A stretch of 64,000 nucleotides of DNA from Gemmatimonadaceae bacterium (GTDB lineage Bacteria > Gemmatimonadota > Gemmatimonadetes > Gemmatimonadales > Gemmatimonadaceae), in contig JBJMOW010000005.1 of assembly GCA_045803545.1 (NCBI GenBank), forward strand, positions 576,001 to 640,000, read 5' to 3'. The notes under the pieces were generated by a model. That model did not search any database, was not told where the DNA came from, and saw only the letters and a program-made list of their open reading frames with translations. The position numbers and the translations under genes were made by a program. How positions within the stretch are numbered: position 1 is the stretch's first letter; each line of letters opens with the position of its first letter. Shown one piece after another: positions 54,257-61,746 of the stretch.

Positions 54257-54907
54257 ATGACGACATTGACTGCAAGCATAGGCGATATGATCCAGGGAGT
54301 TGGCGCGCAGGGCACTCCACAAGCTCCGGAGCGGCCGTCGATGCCGACAGCGGAGCAACGACAGGCGTTGCACGACGCTGCCCGCCAGATGCGCGACGCA
54401 ATCCGAGCGAATGTCAACGGGCAGGTGATAAACGCGCAGGCGAGCGCAGCAGCTGCGAAAGCGAGCGCAGCAGCTGCGAAAGCGCTTCGCGATCAGGGCG
54501 TCACCATCGTGGGGGCGCCCAACATCCAAGGTGTCGATCAGGATGGACCGATTACGATTCAAACTCCCGACGGAAAGACAACCATCGTTAGTCGAGGGAC
54601 TGGGGCACCAGCCATCGCCGGACCGCCTCCCGAAGTAGTGGACATCTCGATCGCGTTTTTCCTGACGGTCGCCGCTATCGTCATATTCCTCCCGCTCGCC
54701 CGCGCATTCGCGCGCAGAATGGATCGGCGGTCGGCCGGGACGCAGGTGCCGCCCGAGGTAACGGCGCAACTCGAGCACCTCAACCGCGCCGTAGACGCAA
54801 TCGCTCTGGAAGTTGAGCGCATCTCTGAAGGTCAGCGCTTTACCACGCGACTGCTCACAGATCAACGCGAATCGATACCTGGCCTGCCCACAGGCGCGAA
54901 TCGTTAG
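54257..54907 (+). CDS. hypothetical single-TM protein with C-terminal coiled coil
   Basis: TM followed by PLARAFARRMDR and VDAIALEVERISEGQRFTTRLL; contains a perfect 21-bp tandem duplication at 54440-54481. Confidence 0.72.
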   Translation: MTTLTASIGDMIQGVGAQGTPQAPERPSMPTAEQRQALHDAARQMRDAIRANVNGQVINAQASAAAAKASAAAAKALRDQGVTIVGAPNIQGVDQDGPITIQTPDGKTTIVSRGTGAPAIAGPPPEVVDISIAFFLTVAAIVIFLPLARAFARRMDRRSAGTQVPPEVTAQLEHLNRAVDAIALEVERISEGQRFTTRLLTDQRESIPGLPTGANR

Positions 54908-55027
54908 CTCAATTCCCCATTGCTGGGCGCACGCAGCGGAATGACTGCTGTGAAGGTGCTGCCTTTGCCGAGCTGACTCTCGACGATAACGTCACCACCA
55001 AGCAGACGGGCGGGGCTGCGGCTCACG
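54904..55027 (-). pseudogene. C-terminal remnant of a histidine kinase HATPase domain
   Basis: VSRSPARLLGGDVIVESQLGKGSTFTAVIPL* matches the post-G2 end of HATPase_c; upstream sequence is unrelated. Confidence 0.6.
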
Positions 55028-55099
55028 CCTTTATCATTGACGAACTCTAGGCCAACGCGGAGTGCATTTGCACTACCGGCCCCACGCTTGCACGACAAG

Positions 55100-55537
55100 A
55101 TGAAACCAATGAAAAAAATATCCTCCGCCGGAGCGCTATTTGCAGCGCTGCTCGCAGGTGTCACTAGCTGCGCTACGAAATCGAGCATTGTTGCGCGTAA
55201 TACCGAACTCACGCTCGCCCCGACTTGCGCCGACGCAGTAACGGTTTTCCCTGGCCGCGGAAAGGTGCCATACGACTATTACGAAGTCGCGATAATCGCG
55301 GCTGAGGGAAATTCGGTCTACACGGGAAATGGTGACCTTCTAAAGTCGGCGCGCAACCAGGCAGCGGGGGTGGGGGCCAATGGCCTGGTGTTGGATTCGC
55401 TGACGGCAACGCACGCAACGGTCAAAGTCCTCGGAGCCGCGGTGGGAGCGAAAGACGCGGAGCGCAAGGCGCGCGCGATTGCGATCTGGATGCCGAGCGA
55501 CACCGCTCGTGTGCGCACGGTGTGCGCAGGGAAATAA
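55100..55537 (+). CDS. hypothetical lipoprotein
   Basis: MKKISSAGALFAALLAGVTSC lipobox; AAGVGANGLVL motif. Confidence 0.7.
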   Translation: MKPMKKISSAGALFAALLAGVTSCATKSSIVARNTELTLAPTCADAVTVFPGRGKVPYDYYEVAIIAAEGNSVYTGNGDLLKSARNQAAGVGANGLVLDSLTATHATVKVLGAAVGAKDAERKARAIAIWMPSDTARVRTVCAGK

Positions 55538-56091
55538 CGCTCGCGGCACTCATAGCGATTGCCACGGCGAGCGGGTGCAAGGAGAATCGCTGGGTGCCTC
55601 GTGGCCGCGCCGAGATCACTCTCTCTGAGATAAAGCTGCGGGGGCCCGCCGAGGTATCGCGGCGAATCGACTCTGACGAGAGCTTCGGCCAATCGGTGCT
55701 GGATGGGATCGCGTCCGGCGACAGTGTCTGGCTCGATGTCGCGACTCAGTTAACGCCGGCGTCCGCCGCCGCCCAGGCAAGCCTATCCATCGCGCTTGCA
55801 TCGGCCCTACCGCACGCACCAAAAAAAGTTCTTTCGATGGTGGATGACAAGTACCCCGCCGAAGAAGTGTGCGGGATACCATTTCTCAAAGCCGATTCGA
55901 ATGAGGTCATCACCTACCACGACGACGCGATCCGCGCATTGGGCGCGGTCAAAGACTCATCGCTGGTGAATGTCGTCGGCGTTTGTCGCGCCGCCCTGGA
56001 CTCGTCGCGGAGCCGCCGTCTTGAACGCATCGACCCCTCTTGCATCATAAAGAACAGGCCGGCGGCTGCACCGAAGCGGTCGCGGCGATAA
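55522..56091 (+). CDS. hypothetical lipoprotein
   Basis: MRREITLAALIAIATASGC lipobox; helical domain. Confidence 0.65.
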   Translation: MRREITLAALIAIATASGCKENRWVPRGRAEITLSEIKLRGPAEVSRRIDSDESFGQSVLDGIASGDSVWLDVATQLTPASAAAQASLSIALASALPHAPKKVLSMVDDKYPAEEVCGIPFLKADSNEVITYHDDAIRALGAVKDSSLVNVVGVCRAALDSSRSRRLERIDPSCIIKNRPAAAPKRSRR

Positions 56092-56245
56092 CTGGCAACC
56101 TCATCCGAAGGTTACTCCGGACAAACCTGGTTCGTCCGACTGACGCAACGGAGCAGTGTACGCTGACTTCCGGAGCGCAACTGGAATGCGCGTCTGCACT
56201 TAGGCCGAATGGCCGGACGGGCGCTTCCAAAACACAGGAGTTGTC

Positions 56246-56797
56246 TTGAAGCGTTCCCTAGTAGCGGCCCTTGTGGGCCTCGCGTTTGTGCCGTTTGCGG
56301 CGCATGCGCAAAAGCACTCTTCGTCAGTGTCGAGTGTGAAGCCAGTTCAGTTCGGGATCGCCGGAGGCGCCGCACTTCCGACCAGCGATCTCTCCGATGG
56401 TGCAAGCACTGGCTACAACGTCACCGGCTCGGTCGCCCTTAATTCGAAGGCATGGCCGCTCGGCCTCCGCATCGACGGCGCGTACAACCGCTTTGGCCTC
56501 AAAGGCGGAGCAAGTGGCGACATCCACTTCAGCAGCGTGACCGGCAACGCCGTTTACAGGATCCCGGCGGCGAGCGTATCGCCTTATCTGATCGGGGGCG
56601 CGGGCTGGTATAACGCAGCCGTCAACCTGACCGGCTTCGGCAGCGGATCGGACAACCACCTCGGATGGAACCTCGGTGGCGGTCTGAGCATGCCGCTCAG
56701 CGGTTTCGACACTTTCATCGAAGCTCGCTACAATCAGGTCCAGGGCAGCGGCGGTTCGCTGAAGTTCATCCCCGTTACGTTCGGAGTGATGTTCTAA
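56246..56797 (+). CDS. small outer-membrane beta-barrel protein
   Basis: AGGAG RBS + TTG, signal peptide, PYLIGGAG, FIEARY, C-terminal PVTFGVMF. Confidence 0.85.
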   Translation: MKRSLVAALVGLAFVPFAAHAQKHSSSVSSVKPVQFGIAGGAALPTSDLSDGASTGYNVTGSVALNSKAWPLGLRIDGAYNRFGLKGGASGDIHFSSVTGNAVYRIPAASVSPYLIGGAGWYNAAVNLTGFGSGSDNHLGWNLGGGLSMPLSGFDTFIEARYNQVQGSGGSLKFIPVTFGVMF

Positions 56798-56818
56798 ACA
56801 GCGGGTCTCGATGTAACG

Positions 56819-56852
56819 AACGGGAGGGGGCGATTGCTCCCTCCCGTTTTTT
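56819..56852 (+). terminator. intrinsic terminator
   Basis: AACGGGAGGGGGC-gatt-GCTCCCTCCCGTT then T run. Confidence 0.8.
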
Positions 56853-56907
56853 GTTAAGGGACCGGCGTTTTAGTCGTCTGCGTTTAAGACAAACCTCGAC
56901 AAACCGG

Positions 56908-57609
56908 ATGCGCATTCTCGTAGTCGATGATGACAAGGCCATACTCAAGCTCGTCGCGCGAGTGCTGCGCGACGAAGCGTACGCCGTTGATACTGCTTCG
57001 ACTGGCGAAGAGGCAAGAACCCTGGCGCTCGTCAACGAATACGATGGCATCATCCTCGATCTGCAGCTCGGCGACCGGCACGGGTTCGAGATCCTTCAGG
57101 AGCTGCGGCGCAACGGGCGGCATACACCGGTTCTCCTCTACTCCGGCCGCGCCGACACCGAATCGATCGTACGCGGTCTCGACGCCGGCGCCGACGATTA
57201 TGTCGTGAAGCCCGTGTCGAATGAGGAGTTGCGCGCGCGGGTGCGAACCCTGACCCGCCACGGCATAAAGGCGCGAGTCGATGAGCAAATCCGGGTTGGC
57301 AATCTCGTCCTCAATCGCCTCACCCGCCGCATAACGGCCGCAGGCAATGACTTTGCTTTAACTGCGATGGAGCTCAAACTCCTCGAGCATCTGATGCTGC
57401 GCTGTGGCGAGATCGTCACCCGCAGCGAGCTGCACGATAAAGTCTGGGACATGCACTTCGATCCGAGCTCGAACGTCATCGATGCCCACGTGGCGCGACT
57501 TAGAAAAAAACTGCGCGCCGCCGGGGCGGAGACCGAACTCGAGACGCGCCGCGGCGTCGGGTTTACCCTCACTGGCCAGCCGACAACCACTCACAAGGCA
57601 GCGAGCTGA
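56908..57609 (+). CDS. orphan OmpR-family response regulator
   Basis: MRILVVDDD, LDLQL, GADDYVVKP, ETRRGVGF. Confidence 0.9.
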   Translation: MRILVVDDDKAILKLVARVLRDEAYAVDTASTGEEARTLALVNEYDGIILDLQLGDRHGFEILQELRRNGRHTPVLLYSGRADTESIVRGLDAGADDYVVKPVSNEELRARVRTLTRHGIKARVDEQIRVGNLVLNRLTRRITAAGNDFALTAMELKLLEHLMLRCGEIVTRSELHDKVWDMHFDPSSNVIDAHVARLRKKLRAAGAETELETRRGVGFTLTGQPTTTHKAAS

Positions 57610-57631
57610 CAGCCTGACGATCATGACTAAG

Positions 57632-57676
57632 CCGTCATGATCCCTTCATAAAGCCGTCACAGAGCGAGGCGCATAT
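57632..57676 (+). promoter_or_regulatory. Pho-box-like triple direct repeat with -10 element
   Basis: CCGTCAT-gatc-CCTTCAT-aaag-CCGTCAC (11-bp period) ending 10 bp before CATATT. Confidence 0.6.
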
Positions 57677-57736
57677 TGTGCCTCATCAATAAACGAAGCG
57701 CTTCGGGTTCACCCTCGACGCTCTGAGGCTCTGAAG

Positions 57737-58123
57737 ATGGCAAAGCTCCGCAACATATTCGCTGCACTGGCGCTCGCACTCGCTCTGACAGCGAGCGCGT
57801 CGAATGCACAGCAGCGCGGCTCAGTCAGCCTCACGCACACGGTGATAGTCACAGTACCGCCGCGCGTAAGAGTCCAGGTTGCAACGACGCAACATCAGAT
57901 GCAGTCGACGTCGGACAAGGCGGGCTTGTCGGTAACAGTGAGAGCAACGAGGGATTGGAGTTTAGGCATTGGGTCGAAGAAAGCATCGAGCACCAGGTGG
58001 GTCGATGGAAATAGCGAAGCCGCTTCGATGGTCGTGTACCGCACCACTGCATCACAGCGCACAGCCGGTATGGGCAGTGCCTCGGACTCCGAGCCGGTGA
58101 TGCTGACAGTCGTCGCTCCGTAA
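57737..58123 (+). CDS. small secreted hypothetical protein
   Basis: Signal peptide MAKLRNIFAALALALALTASASNA; beta-rich. Confidence 0.68.
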   Translation: MAKLRNIFAALALALALTASASNAQQRGSVSLTHTVIVTVPPRVRVQVATTQHQMQSTSDKAGLSVTVRATRDWSLGIGSKKASSTRWVDGNSEAASMVVYRTTASQRTAGMGSASDSEPVMLTVVAP

Positions 58124-58169
58124 AGGGGACGGGACGCGAAGCCCGCTTGCGGGCTCGGGAAAGACCGGG

Positions 58170-58198
58170 AAAAACCGCGTCAGCCGACGCGGTTTTTT
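58170..58198 (+). terminator. intrinsic terminator
   Basis: AAAAACCGCGTC-agcc-GACGCGGTTTTTT. Confidence 0.82.
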
Positions 58199-58423
58199 CT
58201 TGTCTGCAATCACAAATACGGCCGGTAACCAGCTAACTGTGAATCACAATCGTTACTGCCCTTGGAGGTCCCTCGTCTTTTGGACGGCGAGGGACGTCAG
58301 CGCTCTTCTGTCGGGCCATCATGGTCAGGCACGGCGTTCAGAAGCCCTCCCGTAACCAGATCAGCATCCATGTGTCAGCTGTAAGGCACGAATACGGATG
58401 CATTTCTCGAACAAGGAGAAGCT

Positions 58424-58951
58424 TTGAAGCGTTCACTGTACCTCGCGATCGCCACGATCGCACTCGTCGCAGCGCCGCGCATTTCGCAAGCGCAGCTCGG
58501 CCTGGTCAAGCCGTTCTCGCTTGGCTTTGCGGGTGGTGTCACCCAGCCGATGAGCGACCTGTCCAACAGCACCAAGATGGGCTATAACGCGACTGCGGCT
58601 GCGGAAATCAAACTTCCGCTGATCCCGGTTGGTCTGCGCGTCGACGGCGCGTACAACCAGTTCGGTGAGAAAGTCGCCGGCGCTGGCAAGCTGCACACGA
58701 TCAGCGCGACTGGAAACGTCGTGTGGCGTCTGCCGAACGTTGGCGTTCAGCCCTATCTGATCGGTGGAGCTGGTCTCTACATGATCGGTTCTGACATTGC
58801 TGGTGCAAGCACTGAGAATCACTTCGGCTGGAACGGCGGCGCTGGTGTCAAGCTGCCTTACCATGCTTTCGCTGAAGCACGCTATAACCGCGTGTCGGCG
58901 AACGGTGCCTCAATGGAGTTCGTGCCGGTTACCCTCGGCATCATGTTCTAA
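58424..58951 (+). CDS. small outer-membrane beta-barrel protein (paralog of 56246..56797)
   Basis: AGGAG RBS + TTG, MKRSL start, GLRVDGAYNQFG, PYLIGGAG, C-terminal PVTLGIMF. Confidence 0.85.
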   Translation: MKRSLYLAIATIALVAAPRISQAQLGLVKPFSLGFAGGVTQPMSDLSNSTKMGYNATAAAEIKLPLIPVGLRVDGAYNQFGEKVAGAGKLHTISATGNVVWRLPNVGVQPYLIGGAGLYMIGSDIAGASTENHFGWNGGAGVKLPYHAFAEARYNRVSANGASMEFVPVTLGIMF

Positions 58952-58975
58952 ACTTTCGGCGAAAGCTGAAAGTGC

Positions 58976-59011
58976 AAAAAGGGGAGGGCTCAATGCCCTC
59001 CCTTTTTTTTT
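58976..59011. terminator. bidirectional intrinsic terminator
   Basis: AAAAAGGGGAGGGC-tcaat-GCCCTCCCTTTTTTTTT. Confidence 0.85.
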
Positions 59012-59029
59012 GTCCCCACCTGGACCCGC

Positions 59030-59632
59030 TCAGTTGAACTGACGCAACTGTATCTGGGACTGTCCAGTGTACACCCCGTAGAACCGGACGATGTCGCCGT
59101 TACGCAGACTGTTAAACCGGTTCACGTCGTTGCTGCTGGCGTTGTACGGCATCGTCACGGTGACGGTGTTGTAGTTGCCGATGTCGACCGTGAAAAGTCC
59201 ATTGCGCCGATCGACGCTGCGGATGGTGCCCTGGAGCGACTGCACGTTTCCTGACGAGACATTCCCACTACCATTGTTGACTGACTGGTCGACCTGAATG
59301 TAGTTGGTGTAGTAGCTGTTTCCGTTGGCCTGAATACGCGCCGTTATCTGGTCACCGTACTCCAGCGAGGTCGCTGGATAGTTCTGGTTCTGGTAGACGA
59401 CTTGCGTCTGGTTGTCGTAGGAGACCGGCACGGTCTGCCCATTTGATGTCTGAATGGAAATCTGCTGGTAACGCGTGTCGACACCGCGAACAGTGCCGCT
59501 CAGCTGATTACCGCTGGCCCCGCCGCCACCCAGTACTCCGCCCAGAACGTTGCCGAGATTTCCAGCGCAGGCCGTGGCTGCGACCATCAGCGCTGCCGCC
59601 GCGCTTCTACGAATCATTTGCATGTTTGCCAT
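59030..59632 (-). CDS. lipoprotein with two OB-fold-like repeats
   Basis: GAGGAGG RBS, lipobox TAC, internal repeat LSGTVRGVDTR / LQGTIRSVDRR ... LEYGD / LRNGD. Confidence 0.72.
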   Translation of the reverse strand: MANMQMIRRSAAAALMVAATACAGNLGNVLGGVLGGGGASGNQLSGTVRGVDTRYQQISIQTSNGQTVPVSYDNQTQVVYQNQNYPATSLEYGDQITARIQANGNSYYTNYIQVDQSVNNGSGNVSSGNVQSLQGTIRSVDRRNGLFTVDIGNYNTVTVTMPYNASSNDVNRFNSLRNGDIVRFYGVYTGQSQIQLRQFN

Positions 59633-59700
59633 TGGTCATCCCTCCTCTCGGTCATAAGAGCAATCGCGGTGCCTGTGTTGCGCCCGTATCTTTGACTTCG

Positions 59701-60219
59701 ATGACACAAAGCCGCGGACTGATCCTGACAATGCTGAGTCTGAGCCTGGCTTGCGGTCGGTCGAGAAGTGAGCCGACGGTAGATACGCTCGGCGTTGTCC
59801 TGTCTACTCCCAGCACCGGTAGCGATACCTCCAGCCAGACAGCAAACGCCTGCCCGCGAACCGGCCTCTGGGCGCAATGCAGCGTCGAAAAGCGTCTCTC
59901 GCAGTCCGGGTTCGTGGTCAGACGAATGTCGGACAGCGTCAAGCGGCGCAGCGGCTTTAGCGTGATGCCGATTCCTTACATCCTCGGACGCTCGCGGCTG
60001 GATGTATTCATCTATCCGACCGCCGATGCCGTCACGAGCGAAACGAGCCGCCTGGATACCGCACTGGCAGGCCCGCGTGGGGTGAGGAGCCAGTGGGGCG
60101 TCGGCGTTCAGCCGACGTTTGTCAGGTCGGCGAATCTCATCGCCGTTTTCCTCACCGATAATCCAACGCAAAGCGAGCGGCTGTCGCTCGCGCTGACCGC
60201 GGGCCCGCCGCAGCCGTGA
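59701..60219 (+). CDS. hypothetical lipoprotein
   Basis: MTQSRGLILTMLSLSLAC lipobox; CPRTGLWAQCSVEKRL. Confidence 0.7.
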   Translation: MTQSRGLILTMLSLSLACGRSRSEPTVDTLGVVLSTPSTGSDTSSQTANACPRTGLWAQCSVEKRLSQSGFVVRRMSDSVKRRSGFSVMPIPYILGRSRLDVFIYPTADAVTSETSRLDTALAGPRGVRSQWGVGVQPTFVRSANLIAVFLTDNPTQSERLSLALTAGPPQP

Positions 60220-60325
60220 TTGGAAGTGAGTACGGCTGAGCCGGCTGTGACCGCGTGGGCGGAAGGCAGAGTCTAAAAAGCTACCCGGGTACCAAACGGT
60301 TACTTGCCGGGAAGGAGCAGCGTGC

Positions 60326-61075
60326 ATGAGTCGTCCGGAGCGATCACTCCGCACGAGCCCGTTGGTCAAACCTGGCGAACTATCGTTTGCCGAGGCGTTC
60401 GAGAACGCGCCGCATGCAATGGCGCTGGTGAGCGAGCGCGGCACACTGCTATATGTCAATCGTTCGCTGTGTCGGATGCTTGGCTTTGGGCGGGATCAGC
60501 TCCTCAGGCAGAATGTCTGTGCGATTACCCATCCGGATGATCTACAGACGGAATTGGAGCAGCGGCAGCGTTTGACGCGCGCCGATATCGGGCGCTATGA
60601 GCTAATGCAACGTTATCTGCGCAAGAATGGCGAGCCCGTCTGGGTAAGACTGTCGGTTTCCGCTACGCGGCGAAGTGCGCGCCACCTTGCATATCTCGTC
60701 GTCCAGGTTGAGGCCGTCGCGCCCCCGCGCTGCGGGCCGGCCACGGAAGGGGACGCGTTTCTTCGTCGATTTGGTGACGCCACGCTTTCGGCGATGCACG
60801 AGATCGGAAATACGCTGACGCCGCTGATGGTGAACGCTGAGCTCATCGTCGAGCAGTCGCGGAACCAGCCGCTCAGCGACTTCGCCCACGAGATCTTCAA
60901 GGCAGCCCGCAGAATCGCGTTCACGCTGCGCCGGTTGCGCGGGATCGACGATCGCCAGCCCGTTGCCTATGTCGGCGCAGATCGCATGCTCGATCTGCGA
61001 CTGGTTGCCCCGCGCGTTTCAGCCGACAATGCCGAACCGCCCGTCCTTGAGCAATCGCTGGACAGCGGACAGTAG
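60326..61075 (+). CDS. PAS-domain protein with HisKA-like helix but no ATPase domain
   Basis: AFENAPHAMALV, ITHPDD, RYLRKNGEPVWV PAS/PAC; MHEIGNTLTPL H-box; AGGAG RBS. Confidence 0.78.
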   Translation: MSRPERSLRTSPLVKPGELSFAEAFENAPHAMALVSERGTLLYVNRSLCRMLGFGRDQLLRQNVCAITHPDDLQTELEQRQRLTRADIGRYELMQRYLRKNGEPVWVRLSVSATRRSARHLAYLVVQVEAVAPPRCGPATEGDAFLRRFGDATLSAMHEIGNTLTPLMVNAELIVEQSRNQPLSDFAHEIFKAARRIAFTLRRLRGIDDRQPVAYVGADRMLDLRLVAPRVSADNAEPPVLEQSLDSGQ

Positions 61076-61116
61076 CGGCGCCAGAATAGTGGCCTTCCTC
61101 TTTTCGGAGCCGCACC

Positions 61117-61677
61117 ATGAAAATCGGGATTTACACAGCGGCGCTGGTAGCGCTGGCAATTGCGCCGCGCATCGCAGCGTCACAGCAGGCAACCATGGCG
61201 GCAACGTCGGCGAACCCTGTATCGGACGCCTTTCGCGACTACGCCAAGTCCTCGGAGAAGAACTTGATTGCCGCCGCTGAAGCGTTTTCGGCGGACAAAT
61301 ACGGTTACAAGCCGACGCCCGCGCAGATGAGCGTCGGTGACATTGTGGTGCATCTCTCGCAGGGCAACGACTACCTATGTGGCGCGATCGGCGGGATGAA
61401 GGCGCCGCAGCGGACAACGGTTGCCGCAACGGAGAGCAAAGAGGCACTCGTTGCCAGGCTGCGCGAGACGTTCGCATTCTGCGACCAGGCCCTGGCGTCG
61501 GTAACAGACGCGACGATGGGTGAACAGCTACCGTTTTTCGGAGGACGAAAGATGACGCGCGCCGCGATCATGACGCTAACGACCGGTGATTGGGCGGACC
61601 ATTACAGTCAGTACGCCAACTATCTGCGTCTCAATGGCATGCTGCCGCCAACTGCGAATCGTTCAGCAGGCCAATAG
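61117..61677 (+). CDS. secreted DinB family protein
   Basis: Signal peptide; DKYGYKPTPAQMSVGDIVVH; DHYSQYANYLRLNGMLPP. Confidence 0.85.
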   Translation: MKIGIYTAALVALAIAPRIAASQQATMAATSANPVSDAFRDYAKSSEKNLIAAAEAFSADKYGYKPTPAQMSVGDIVVHLSQGNDYLCGAIGGMKAPQRTTVAATESKEALVARLRETFAFCDQALASVTDATMGEQLPFFGGRKMTRAAIMTLTTGDWADHYSQYANYLRLNGMLPPTANRSAGQ

Positions 61678-61699
61678 CGCCAGTACTTTCCTCTGAAAC

Positions 61700-61734
61700 A
61701 AAAAACCCCGCACCATCATCGGTGCGGGGTTTTT
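61700..61734. terminator. bidirectional intrinsic terminator
   Basis: AAAAAACCCCGCACC-atcatc-GGTGCGGGGTTTTT. Confidence 0.85.
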
Positions 61735-61746
61735 GGTAAGCCCGCT

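Noticed and set aside
54440..54481. 21-bp tandem duplication as a functional repeat system
   Set aside because: In-frame two-copy duplication in a low-complexity Ala-rich linker; most likely simple slippage
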